A stretch of DNA of 64,000 bases from NCBI GenBank assembly GCA_963737655.1, contig CAVTTN010000002.1, forward strand, positions 5,184,001-5,248,000. The letters are read 5' to 3'. Under the pieces are notes generated by a model that was given only the letters and a program-made list of their open reading frames with translations, did not search any database and was not told where the DNA came from. The DNA is from an uncultured Planctomycetota bacterium. GTDB taxonomy: Bacteria > Planctomycetota > Planctomycetia > Isosphaerales > Isosphaeraceae. Below are positions 33,019-43,774 of this stretch, one piece after another. Each line of letters opens with the position of its first letter. The stretch's first letter is position 1. A program made the position numbers and the translations under genes.

Positions 33019-35121
33019 ATGACCGCCCGATCCGCCTCAAGAATCCTCCTCGCCCTGGCGATCCTGGTGCCGGCCGCCTCGGCGGCAGCCGCGGCCGAGC
33101 CTCCCGTCGTCCGATCCGCGAAGTCGGGCGATTGGTCCGCCTCGGAGACCTGGGAGCCGGGCCGCGTGCCTCAGGCCGGCGACCGGGTCGTCATCCGGTC
33201 CGGCCATCGCGTCGTCTACGACGTCTCGTCCGAGGCGGTGATCCGTCTGGTCCAGGTCGCGGGCACCCTGGAGTTCGCCCGCGATCGCCCCACGAGGCTG
33301 GAGGCCGGGCTGATCGCCGTCGTGGCCTCGGAGGAGCCGTCGGAGGACGGCTTCGACTGCCACGCGGCGATGGCGGACATGCCGGGGATGCCCGGCGCGG
33401 CACGGCCTTCGCTGCTGGTCGGCTCGCCGGGCTCGCCGATCCCCGCCGGGGTCTCGGCCACCATCCGCCTCCATTACGTCGAGGGGATGGACAAGCAATC
33501 GTGCCCGGCCATCGTCTGCTGCGGGGGGAGGATGGAGTTCCACGGCGCCCCCATGCCGCAGACCTGGCTCAAGATCCGCCAGACGGCCGACGCCGGGGCG
33601 ACCACCCTCTACGTCGATGAATCGGCGGAGGGCTGGAAGCCGGGCGACCAGGTCATCCTCACGAGCACCCATCGGCAGCGCGACGGCCGAGGCGTGGGCG
33701 GGGACTTCCTCGCCGGGGCCCAGACCGAGGAGAGGCGGATCACCGGCCTCTCCCCTCGCGACTTCACCGGCGGCTACGCCCTGAAGCTCGACCGCCCCCT
33801 GGCCTTCTCGCACTTCGCGGAGGGGAACTTCCGGGCGGAGGTCGCCAACCTCAGCCGCAACCTCGTGGTCGAGTCGGCGGACCCCGAGGGCGTCCGCGGC
33901 CACACGATGTACCACCGGAATTCGGCGGGCTCGATCCACTACGCGGAGTTCCGGCACCTCGGCAAGCGGGACGAGAAGGGGCGCTACAGCATCCACTTCC
34001 ACCTGGCCGGCGAGACCATGAGGGGCAGCTCGGTCATCGGGGCCTCGATCTGGGACAGCCACAACCGCTGGATCACGGTCCACGGCACCGACGCCCTGGT
34101 CATCCGCGACAACGTCGGCTACAAGAGCGTCGGCCACGGCTTCTTCCTCGAGAACGGCACCGAGATCAACAACATCCTCGATCACAACCTCGCGGCGCTG
34201 GTCCTGCCCGGCAAGCCGCAGAAGGACCAGGAGGTGCCCTTCGACCTCAATCGAGGGGCCGGCTTCTGGTGGGCGAACAGCCAGAATAGCTTCACCCGGA
34301 ACGTGGCCGCGGAGTGCGCCGAGTACGGCTACCGCTTCGACTCCAAGAGGACCGCCGAGTATGACCCGGTCCGCCCGGTCCGCCAGCCCGATGGCACGCT
34401 CAAGCCGCAGGACTCGCGCATCCTGCCGTTCGTCCGGTTCGAGGGCAACGAGGCCCACACCATGAAGTTCTTCTGCCTGAACCTGCGGGGCGTGACGCGA
34501 CCGGATCGCGGCCTGGACCTCTACAGCCAGAACGAGAGCCTGGCTCGCGAGGCCGCCGAGGCCCTCCCCGAGCCCGCGCACCCGTTCTGGATCCGGGACT
34601 TCCGCTGCTGGGAGGCCAACTGGGCGGCCCACCTCGGCACCACCGGCGTGTTCGTCGACGGCCTCGACGTCTTCCGCTCGGACGTGGCGATCTGGCGATC
34701 GATCATGGACCGCTCCGGCTTCCGACGGATGACCACGAAGGACATGCGCGTCAATGACATCCACAATCCCCTGAGCTCGGGCTATGTCCCCTCTCGGGGC
34801 GAGGCCGACTCCGGCGCGTTCCGGGGAACGTCCAGCTTCCGCGACGACATGCCGCCCACGACCGTCATCACCAGCGCCGTCCGCGAGGGTAACCTGGTCC
34901 TCGTCAAGGGGTCCACGGCCGACGCGAGCGACGTGCGACGCGTGATGGTCAACGGCCGCCCGGCCCGCTCGACGCGGTCGAGCTTCGCCGAGTGGGAGAT
35001 CGCCCTCGACGCCCCTCCCGACAAGCCCCTGGAGATCCGGGCCCATTCCGAGGACGTCCACGGGCACCAGGAGCCCCGGCCTCACCTGATCCGAATCGAC
35101 TCCTCCGCCAATCCGAAGTGA
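33019..35121 (+). CDS. Secreted G8-domain / parallel beta-helix protein
   Basis: Signal peptide; SGDWS..TW..GRVP..GD.V.I..GH.V.YD G8 start; EVANLSRN, GRYSIHFH, ITVHGT, GHGFFLE motifs as in CEMIP/TMEM2-type proteins. Confidence 0.85.
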   Translation: MTARSASRILLALAILVPAASAAAAAEPPVVRSAKSGDWSASETWEPGRVPQAGDRVVIRSGHRVVYDVSSEAVIRLVQVAGTLEFARDRPTRLEAGLIAVVASEEPSEDGFDCHAAMADMPGMPGAARPSLLVGSPGSPIPAGVSATIRLHYVEGMDKQSCPAIVCCGGRMEFHGAPMPQTWLKIRQTADAGATTLYVDESAEGWKPGDQVILTSTHRQRDGRGVGGDFLAGAQTEERRITGLSPRDFTGGYALKLDRPLAFSHFAEGNFRAEVANLSRNLVVESADPEGVRGHTMYHRNSAGSIHYAEFRHLGKRDEKGRYSIHFHLAGETMRGSSVIGASIWDSHNRWITVHGTDALVIRDNVGYKSVGHGFFLENGTEINNILDHNLAALVLPGKPQKDQEVPFDLNRGAGFWWANSQNSFTRNVAAECAEYGYRFDSKRTAEYDPVRPVRQPDGTLKPQDSRILPFVRFEGNEAHTMKFFCLNLRGVTRPDRGLDLYSQNESLAREAAEALPEPAHPFWIRDFRCWEANWAAHLGTTGVFVDGLDVFRSDVAIWRSIMDRSGFRRMTTKDMRVNDIHNPLSSGYVPSRGEADSGAFRGTSSFRDDMPPTTVITSAVREGNLVLVKGSTADASDVRRVMVNGRPARSTRSSFAEWEIALDAPPDKPLEIRAHSEDVHGHQEPRPHLIRIDSSANPK

Positions 35122-35142
35122 GGAGCGCGTCCGGGCCGCTCG

Positions 35143-37056
35143 TTATCGCCGGGGCGGGTCGTCCGGGAGCTTCAGCTTCATCCCGACCTTGGGGCGATCG
35201 GTGTCCTCGAAGAGGTCGCTGTTGAGCTTGCGGATCTCCTCGGAGCGGTCGGAGTCGCCCAGGGTGGCGTTGGCGATGCTTCGGAGCGTCTCGCCCGGCT
35301 TGACGACGTGGACTCGGGAGGGGCGGATCGCCCGGGAGACGGCCGGGGCCTTGGAGCGGCTCGGCGGGGGCGAGAGGGTGGAGTCTCGGGCCGGGAGCAT
35401 GATCACGGAGTCGGAGGAGGTCCGCGAGGCGTCGGCGTCCTTGGTGCCGGAGGAGGTCTTGCGGACGTCGTCGCGGCCCGACTCGGTCCTGGCCGGGCCG
35501 ATCAGGCTGCGGTTCAGGTCTTCGAGCGCGGGGATGCGGATCGCCGTGCCGATGTAGAGGTCCTCGGGCTGGCCGGCGAGGTCCTTGTTGGCGTCCCAGA
35601 GGGCCTTGTAGAACCGGCCCGAGCCGTAGTAGTCGCGGGCGATGGTCCAGAAGTTCTCCCCTCGGCGGACGACGTGGACCACCGGCTCGATCGGATCGCC
35701 CGAGGCGGCGGCCGTCGATCGCGGCGGAGCGGCGGTCCGGGCCGGCGGAGGGGCGTCGGCGACGAGGCGGGGCGTCGACGACCGCCGAGGCCCGACGCTG
35801 GGGATCGGATAAAGCGGTCCCGACGGCCCGGCGACCGTCGCGGGCTCGGTCGGCGGGGCTTCGAGATTGGGGATGGTCCGGGGTTTCTCCGGCGACGGCT
35901 CGGGCGAAGGCGAAGGCGTGGGCGTCGCGACCGTCGGAGGCGGCTCGGCCGGGACTGGCGGCGCCTCGGCGACCGGGGGGGCCGGCCGAAGGGCCACCGG
36001 CGGAGCGGCGTCCGTCGCGGTCACGGGCGGGGGGTTCGTGGTGACGGGAGCGGGGCCCGGCGGCGACGCTTCCGGCTTCGGGGCCTCGGCGGCGACCGCG
36101 GTCCCGAGCCCCGGCGGGCCGTTTTCGAGCTTGGCGGATTCGGCCGTTTTCGTCGGGTTCGGGGCGGAGGGCAGGACGGTCTCTTCCTTGTCGGGCTCGG
36201 GCGGGCCCGGCGGCGGATTCCCCCCGGCGAGCGAGGGCGGGGCATCGGCCGGTTTGGGCTCGGTCTCCGGGTGGTCCGACTTCGCGTCGCCGTGGCCGGC
36301 CTTCGTCACCAGGCTCGGCGGGAGGCCGGGGAGCGGCGGCTCCTCGGTCGCGGCGGTCCGCTCGGCCTGGCCGTCCTTGGTCACCTTCTTCGGCAAGTCG
36401 AGGCCCGAAGGCGGCGGCGGGGCGGTCGCGACCGCCTCCTTCTCCTCCCCCTTCTCGAGCGTCTCGGTCGAGGGAGGCGGCGGGGCCTCGGCGATCGTCG
36501 TGGGCGGCGGGGAGTCGGCCGTCCTCATCTCGGGAGGGGCCGGCGGGACCGCCTCGGCGGTCTCCTGCGGGTCCTTCGCGGGCCCGGCCTCCTCGGTCGG
36601 CCCCGGCGGCTCGTTCTTGACGATCCTGGGCGTCTCGGGCACGTCGGGCGTCGCCTTCGCCGGCTTGACACCCCCCGCGCCCGGGATCTCGGCGACCGGG
36701 GCCCCCTTCCCCTTGCCTTTCTGGCGGTTGACCACCAGGACCGCGACCAGGACGACGAACGAGAGCACCACGGCGACCTTGAACCGGGTGTCCCACGACA
36801 GCCCCTTCGCCAGGCCCGCCACCTTCGGCGCCGACCGGGCCTTCCTGGCCGGTTTCTGCGCGGTCGAGGGCGAGGCCGAAGCCGACGGCGCGGCCGAGGT
36901 CGAAGGCGCCGTGGACCCGGAGGCGTCGTGGTTCGATTCGGTCCCGGGGAAGGCGCGCGGCTCCTCGGGCGGAGTCCCCTCGACGGCTTCGGGAGGATTC
37001 ACCGGCTCGGAGACGGGCTCGGGCCCGGGTCCGGCGTGCCATGTGGTTTCGTGCAT
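35143..37056 (-). CDS. Membrane-anchored LysM protein with long Pro-rich linker
   Basis: One TM helix; two LysM motifs HVVRRGENFWTIA..YYG and HVVKPGETLRSIA..LG. Confidence 0.85.
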   Translation of the reverse strand: MHETTWHAGPGPEPVSEPVNPPEAVEGTPPEEPRAFPGTESNHDASGSTAPSTSAAPSASASPSTAQKPARKARSAPKVAGLAKGLSWDTRFKVAVVLSFVVLVAVLVVNRQKGKGKGAPVAEIPGAGGVKPAKATPDVPETPRIVKNEPPGPTEEAGPAKDPQETAEAVPPAPPEMRTADSPPPTTIAEAPPPPSTETLEKGEEKEAVATAPPPPSGLDLPKKVTKDGQAERTAATEEPPLPGLPPSLVTKAGHGDAKSDHPETEPKPADAPPSLAGGNPPPGPPEPDKEETVLPSAPNPTKTAESAKLENGPPGLGTAVAAEAPKPEASPPGPAPVTTNPPPVTATDAAPPVALRPAPPVAEAPPVPAEPPPTVATPTPSPSPEPSPEKPRTIPNLEAPPTEPATVAGPSGPLYPIPSVGPRRSSTPRLVADAPPPARTAAPPRSTAAASGDPIEPVVHVVRRGENFWTIARDYYGSGRFYKALWDANKDLAGQPEDLYIGTAIRIPALEDLNRSLIGPARTESGRDDVRKTSSGTKDADASRTSSDSVIMLPARDSTLSPPPSRSKAPAVSRAIRPSRVHVVKPGETLRSIANATLGDSDRSEEIRKLNSDLFEDTDRPKVGMKLKLPDDPPRR

Positions 37057-37937
37057 CGCTGGGCCACCCTCAGTTTCGCGCTCCGCGCGCGGGGATTGGT
37101 CCGGATCTCCTCGGCCGAGGCGGTCACCGGCTTCTTGGTCAGGACGTCCAGCTCCGGGTCGTTCCGGAACGCATGCTTGACCCTCCGATCTTCCAGCGAA
37201 TGGAAGCTGACGATCGCCACGCGTCCGCCCGGTTCGAGCCACTGGGCCACGTTCAGCAAGGTCTCGTCGAGGATCTCCAGCTCGCGATTGACGGCGATCC
37301 TCAGGGCCTGGAATGTCCGGGTGGCGGGGTCGATCGGCCCCCACTTGCCGGGGACGCTCTTGCGGACGATCTCGGCGAGCCTCGCGGTGGTCACGATCGG
37401 CTCGACCCGGCGGTTCTCGACGATCCTCCAGGCGATCCTCCGGCTGTGCCGTTCCTCGCCGAGCTCATAGATCAGGTCGGCGAGCTCCTTCTCCGAGAGG
37501 TCGTTGACGAGGTCGGCCGCCGATTTCCGGGTCTTGGGGTCGAACCTCATGTCCAGGGGGCCGTCCTGGGAGAAGCTGAACCCGCGATCGGCCCAGGAGA
37601 GCTGGTCGGACGAGAGCCCGAGGTCCAGGAGGATCCCATCGACGCGGTCGATCCCCAGGTCGTCCAGGACCGAATCGGCGTCATCATACGACGATTGAAC
37701 GAGGGTGACGGGCAGGCCCCGGGTCGCCTCCTCGGCCAAAGCCAGCATGGCCGGGTCGCGATCGAGGCCGATCACCCGGCCCGACGGCCCGACCCTCTCG
37801 GCCAGCGCCCGCGCATGACCGCCCGCGCCCACGGTCCCATCCAGGAGGACGGCGCCGGGCTTCGGGTCCAGCCCCGAGACGACCTCGTCGAGCAGGACCG
37901 GGCGATGGACCGGCGCTGGGGAGTCCTCGATGGGCAC
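36999..37937 (-). CDS. rsmH: 16S rRNA m4C1402 methyltransferase RsmH
   Basis: HRPVLL, DGTVGAGGH, DLGLSS.QL, RGFSF..DGPLDMR, SFHSLEDR, NPRARSAKLR. Confidence 0.97.
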   Translation of the reverse strand: MPIEDSPAPVHRPVLLDEVVSGLDPKPGAVLLDGTVGAGGHARALAERVGPSGRVIGLDRDPAMLALAEEATRGLPVTLVQSSYDDADSVLDDLGIDRVDGILLDLGLSSDQLSWADRGFSFSQDGPLDMRFDPKTRKSAADLVNDLSEKELADLIYELGEERHSRRIAWRIVENRRVEPIVTTARLAEIVRKSVPGKWGPIDPATRTFQALRIAVNRELEILDETLLNVAQWLEPGGRVAIVSFHSLEDRRVKHAFRNDPELDVLTKKPVTASAEEIRTNPRARSAKLRVAQRCTKPHGTPDPGPSPSPSR

Positions 37938-38037
37938 GGGTCGCTCAGGGGTCGAAGGGACGGGAGAAGGGCGCAATCCAGGCCGACTCTAACGGCCCGA
38001 GCGATCCTGTCAATCGCAAAGGGGCCTCGATCCATCC

Positions 38038-38109
38038 GTGGGGTCCATGCAATGCACCGTCATGTAGGGTGCATGGAATGCACCAACCACGAGGCGGCCA
38101 ACGGCCGCC
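38038..38109 (+). repeat. Tandem REP pair, GTAG family A
   Basis: GTGGGGTCCATGCAATGCACC-GTCAT-GTAGGGTGCATGGAATGCACC; degenerate direct copy of 40386-40457. Confidence 0.85.
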
Positions 38110-38135
38110 CTCCGACCCCTTCGGACCAATCCCTC

Positions 38136-39267
38136 TCATCGACCACCGCTCGCCTCGATCTTGAAGCCAAGCACGCCCGCCCAGACCGCCTCATACGCCT
38201 CCACGACGCGGCCCATCGAATATTCGGCCTCGACCCGGCTCCGGCCCTTCTGGCCCATCGCGCCCCATTGCGTCTCGCCCGCCATCGCCTCGCGAAGGCT
38301 CGCGGCCAACGATTTCGGGTCGCCCGGCTCGGCCAGCCAGCCGGTCCGCTCGGGGCCGTCGGCGAGGACCAGGTCTTCGGAGCCCTCAACCCTCGTGGCG
38401 ATCACGGGTTTCCTCGCCGCCATCGCCTCGATCACCACGTTCGGCATCCCTTCCCACAACGACGGCAACACCACCAGATCGGCCGTCTTCAGGAGCCCGG
38501 GAACGTCCTCGCGACGCCCGAGCCACTCGACGCGATCTTTCAGGACGCCGGACCCCTCGACCCTCCGCCGATGCTCCGATACGTCCGGGCCGTCGCCCAC
38601 CATCACGAGCCTCCACCCGGGATGATCGGGCGCGACGGCCGAGAACGCCTCCAGGAGCACGCCCACCCCTTTTTGCGGCTCGATCCGACCGACGAACATC
38701 AGGATCTTCGCCGGGCCGAGCCCGAGATCGACCGATCCGGCCCGGTCGATCGCCTCGGGATCGATCCCGTTGGGGATCACGAGCAATCGGCGAGGGTCCA
38801 GCCCTCCGGATTCGATCGCGTGCCGCCGGACCCCCTCCGAGACGCAGACCGACGCGGCGGAAAGCCGTTGCGTGAGTCGTTCGAGGACCAGATGCGACCG
38901 CCCCCGCCGCTCGGCCACGCGAATCCCGCCGACCACCGGCGGCCGACCGGCCTGGAAGGCGGCCAGCCTCGCCGCGAGGTTGGCGTGGAACAGGAAGCTC
39001 TGGACGATCGCCGGGCGGATCGCCCTCAACGCGGAGGCCAGGTCGCGAACCGCCCGGATCGGCCGTCGTTTCGAGACGTTCAAGCAAGTCACGGCGATCC
39101 CGCGATCGCGGAGGACGCCCGCCAGCGCCCCTTCCGGCCCGAGGCAGACCACCGAGGGCGTCCACCGCGACCGATCGAGCCGCGAGGCCAGCGCCACCAG
39201 CGCCTTCGGCGCCCCCGACGTCCAGATCGGTAATCACGAAGGCGATCGGCGCCGGATCGGTCGGCAA
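38136..39267 (-). CDS. GT4 family glycosyltransferase (frameshift near 39205)
   Basis: ITDLDVGGAE N-motif, IPNGID, FVGRIEPQKG, PSLWEGMPNVVIEAMAA. Confidence 0.9.
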
Positions 39268-39359
39268 GGGTCGGGATTGCACGGTCGCGATCGGCCGGGG
39301 AGGATGGAAGGACGTCCCGACCGCCCATTGTCGCGGCCCGGACCACCGAGGGGAAGCCG

Positions 39360-40389
39360 TTGGACACCTCCGCGTTCGATTTCGACCTGCCCGACGGCCT
39401 GATCGCCCAGGAGCCGGCCGAGCCTCGCGATTCGTCTCGCTTGATGGTCGTCCGGCGCGATTCGGGGACGATCGAGCACCGCGTTTTCTCCGAGCTTCCC
39501 GAGCTTCTCCAACCGGGAGACCGGCTGGTCCGCAACGCGACTCGGGTGGTCCCGGCGAGGATTCTGGGGACTCGCGAGGCCACCGGAGGGCGCTGGGAGG
39601 GCCTGTTCCTGCGAGCCTTGCCCGGCGGCTCCTGGGAAGTCCTGGCGACGACCCGAGGAAGGCCCATCGAGGGGGAATGGGTGGCGATCGAGGGCGGGCT
39701 GCGGCTGAAGCTCGAAGCCAGGGGCGAGGGCGGACGCTGGACCGTGCGGCCCGAGGCAGAGGGGCTCGCCTTCGGAGGTGTTGGGGCGCCACGGGCACGT
39801 CCCCTTGCCTCCTTATATCCGCAAGGGTCGGGACGACCCGGAGGACCGGCTCCGGTATCAGACCGTGTTCGCCCGAGAGCCCGGCGCCGTGGCCGCGCCG
39901 ACGGCCGGGTTGCACTTCACCGAGGCCTTATTCACGAGGCTGGCCGATCGGGGGGTCCGGCCGATCGACATCACGTTGCACGTCGGCCTCGGCACGTTCC
40001 GGCCGATCGAGGCCGAGAGGATCGAGGACCACACGCTCCACGCCGAATGGGCCGAGGTCGCCCCCGAGGCCGCCGAGGCGCTGAATGCGGCGAGAGAAGC
40101 CGGAGGACGGATCATCGCGGTGGGGACCACGTCGGCCAGGACGCTCGAAACCGCCGCGAAATCCGGCCGATTTGAAGCCTTCGCGGGAGAAACCGCCCTG
40201 TACCTCCGCCCGGGCCACAAGTTCCGAGGCGTCGATGCCCTGATCACCAATTTCCACCTGCCCCGGAGCAGCCTGCTGGTGCTCGTCGCCGCCCTGACCG
40301 GGCACCCGTTGATGAAACGAGCCTACGACGAGGCCATCCGGCATCAATACCGATTCTACAGCTATGGCGACGCGATGATAATCCTGTAG
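39360..40389 (+). CDS. queA: S-adenosylmethionine:tRNA ribosyltransferase-isomerase QueA (frameshift near 39770)
   Basis: FDFDLP..LIAQEP..PRDSSRL, PLPPYI, VAAPTAGLHF, LHVG.GTF, TNFHLPRSSL, YRFYSYGDAM. Confidence 0.95.
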
Positions 40390-40549
40390 GGTGCATGCAA
40401 TGCACCGTCATGTAGGGTGCATGAAATGCACCAAACACGCGGCGGCCAGTGGCCGCCATCCTTGGTTTCTTGATCCGTCGGTGGATCGGAAAGCGCAAAA
40501 GGTTGCGGGCTTCGCCCGCGCGTGTTTGGTGCATTGCATGCACCCTACG
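40386..40549. repeat. REP cluster, GTAG family A, adjacent to the RAYT
   Basis: Two direct GTAGGGTGCATG(C/A)AATGCACC units plus an inverted unit ending GCACCCTAC. Confidence 0.92.
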
Positions 40550-40555
40550 GGATCG

Positions 40556-41104
40556 TCATTCCAGGTCCCATCCGCGGAGCCGCTTCGGTGCCGTTTTTCC
40601 CCATTCGGGGTCGTACTGGCCGCTTTGGACGTGCTTTTGAAAGCTTGACCAGGGCCAGTCCCCGGGCCGGGTGACGTATCCGTGTTTGACGGGATTGTAA
40701 TGGATGTAATCCAGGTGCGTCTCGAAATCCCGATCGTCGCGAATGCAATGCTCCCAGAATCGCCGTTGCCAGACGCCTCGCGTCCCTCGATCGCGCTGGG
40801 AGGACGTGATGATCCGCTGTTGGCCGCCCGATCCCAGCCATTCGACCGTGAAATCCCGCTTGATCCGCTTCCACCTTCGCGAGAAGTCGTCATCGCCTCG
40901 GGGCAACGTCCACAGACAATGGAGATGATCGGGAAGGAGCACGATGGCTCGGGTTTCGAACGGGTGGGAGCGGCCAACCTCGCGAAAGACCCGGCCCAGG
41001 AGCGATCGGGCGGCGGGATTGGAAAACAGGGGCCAGCGGCCGGCGGTGATCACCGTGAAGAAATAGGTCCCTCCCGGTTCGAGGAGGCGGCGGTATTCGG
41101 GCAT
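40556..41104 (-). mobile_element. rayT: REP-associated tyrosine transposase (RAYT, Y1/HUH)
   Basis: YRR...GGTYFFTV, VLLPDHLHCLW (HUH), WQRRFWEH.IRD, DYIHYNPVKHG (catalytic Tyr), WPWSSF. Confidence 0.95.
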
Positions 41105-41148
41105 CGGCGCCCTCGGAGAGCGAAGACCATCGGGGATCATGCCGGGTG

Positions 41149-43586
41149 TCATGCCCCCGACACGGGATTCCTCGGCCGATAGGCCCGGGTCAGCGCGCGG
41201 TCGAGCTGGTCGGGGACTTCGACCCCGAGGTTGAACAGGCTGCTGTTGAAGGCCCCGGCATCGTCGAAGTTCGATTGCTGCGCGGTGCCCGCGTCCCAGA
41301 TGATGTATCTTTGATTGTTCAGGTTGTCAAAATACGTGACCGCCAGGCTGTTGTTCGTGTACAGCCAGATGGCCAGGATGAGCTTGGTGGCCGGTCCCGG
41401 GCCGTTGAAGGGCGGGACCAGCAGCTCAATCTGCTTGTTGGGCATGCCCTGGATCGCCAGTTGCCCGGCGGACCGCGAGCGGATCGAGGGGACGACCACC
41501 AGGCGATACAGGCCCAGCGGGATGCTCCGGGGCGCCGCCGCGGGCTCCCCGGCGCGGCCTTCATCCCGGCGATGGCGTCCTTCCACATCTCGCGGAGCTC
41601 GCCCAGGTTCAGGCGGAGCGGGTCGGGGTTGATCAGGCGGACGAAGTTCCTCGTGGGCTGGTCCACCTTCAGGTCGTGGAAGCTCGCGGCGCTGATGCCC
41701 ATCCTCAAGCCCGCCGCCTCGGCGTCGGCCGGTCCCGGGGGCGGCTCGGCCTCGACGGACTGGGGCTCGATCTCGACGACCGCCTCATCGACGATCCTGG
41801 CGAGCGAGATATCCAGCTCCCGGACCACCTGCGCCGGAACCGCCACGCGGATGGCCTTGTCGAGCCTGACCCCGGCGTCGCCGACGTGGAGGATCGAGCC
41901 GCACACCGCGTCCCAGAACGCTTCGGTCCCGGATCGCAACTGCCGCTGACGCCTCGCCCGTTCGATCAACGGATAGACGACCTCCGGCCAGATCTCGACG
42001 CTCGCCGGGTCTCTCCACGCCGATTTCGTGGCGTATTTGAGCACCGCGAGCCGGAATTCCGGCTTGCCTCGCCAGACCTCCGTGACCTTGTTCCAGCGCT
42101 CGACCAGGAGGTCATCGACCTCGGTCCGCTCGGGGGCGAGGCGGCGGAGGTCCTCGAGGACCTGGGGCATCAGCCCGGGGTTCAGCACGCCCTGGGCGTC
42201 GCTCATGCTCTCGGCGGCGTACGGGCTGGCCAGCCGGAGTTGCTGGCGGAGCTGGCGGAACCTCTTGCGCTTGCCCGGGGTGTCGCGCTGGGCCAGGTAC
42301 TTGGCCAGGATCGTCGGGCCGAGCAGGGGGCGGACGTCGGGCCGGGCCTCCAGCAACGGGGCGACGCCCTCGACGTCGATCTCCGGGGGGGCGTCGGGCA
42401 GGGTCAACGCCGTCATGGCCAGGAGCAGCCGGGCCCGGTCGGCGTTCAGGGGGTCGAGCGGCCGGCGGAGGAGGAACCCCCGGCGGCGAGAGCCTCCCAG
42501 GAGGTAGGCCAGGTAATGGCCGTGGAGGTATCGCTCGTCGGGCGACAGGGCGACGGGCTCGGCCGTGATGGCGTCGATCAGCGAGCGGGCCAGGTCGCGG
42601 CCGACCTTCGCCGAGGGGGCCAGGGCCTCCGATCTCGGGCCCACGGCCATCGCCGACGACGGTGCCGGCGCCGCCGCGGCCGATCCCGACCGCCCCGAGC
42701 CGGCCATGCTCGGCGGGCCGCCCGACGACCCGACCGACGGCGCCGAGGCTTCGGCCAGGGGCTGGGTCGCCGAGTCGCCCCCGCCGGTGGCGCCGGCCAG
42801 GATCAGGGCCCGGAGCCGGTCGGCCACCTCCCGGCCCGAGCCGGGGCGGTCGCCGGGGTTCTTGGCCATCAGGTTGGTGATCAGGGCCTCCAGGGGGAGC
42901 GAGACCTCCGGCACCTGATCGCGGAGGGACCGGGCCTCGGCGTTGATGTGCTGGGCCAGGACCATCATCACCGGCCCGGCGAACGGCGGGACGCCCGCCA
43001 CGCATTCATACAGGATGATCCCCAGGGCGTAGAGGTCCGTCCGGTGGTCGAGCTTCTTCCCCTTGGCCTGTTCCGGGCTCATATAATGCGGGGTGCCCCG
43101 GACGATCCCCGATTCCTGGGTCGCGTCGGACAGCAAGGACAGGCCGAAGTCCGAGAGCTTCGCCGTGTCCGAGGCGGTCAGCAGCACGTTCGCCGGCTTC
43201 ACGTCGCGGTGGATCACCCCCTGGCGATGGGCGTAGTCCAAAGCGTCGGCCGTCTGGGCCACCACGCGGAGGCGGTCGCTCAGGGTGAGCTTCTTGAGCC
43301 TCTTCGCGAAGCTGGAGCCGTCCACTTCCTCCATGATGAAGTAGTACGTCTGGTCGTCGGCGCTGAAGTCATAGAGCCGGACGACGTTCTCGTGGACGAG
43401 CCGGGCGAGGATCTGGGCCTCCAGGCGGATCTTGCGGCCCACCTCCTCGCCGGTCAGGTCCTTCAGGACCTTGATCGCCACCGAGCGTTCCAGGACCGAA
43501 TCGCGGGCGCGGTACACCGCCCCCATCCCGCCCCGGCCGAGCTCCTTCTCCAGGGTGAACCGGCCGTTCAGGGTGGTCCCGATCAC
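41149..43586 (-). CDS. Hanks-type Ser/Thr protein kinase with uncharacterised C-terminal region (frameshift near 41555)
   Basis: LGRGGMGAVY, VAIK, HRDVKPAN, DFGL, GTPHYMSPEQ. Confidence 0.92.
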
Positions 43587-43774
43587 TGGCGTTCTCTCCC
43601 CGAAGCCGCCTCGTCGCGCCGATCGCACCGATCATAAAGCCCGACAGCCGGACGGACAACGCTCCGAGACCCCGACCCGGCCGATTTGGGGGATTCTCCA
43701 AGCCGACGGGCCGGCCGGGGCCGACAATAGGCAAGGCAGAGCCCCTCCCCCGGACCGTCCCGGCGAGACCGATC

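Noticed and set aside
40386..40549. CRISPR-like direct repeats
   Set aside because: Only two direct units 5 bp apart plus an inverted unit; GTAG-hairpin structure next to a RAYT identifies them as REPs.
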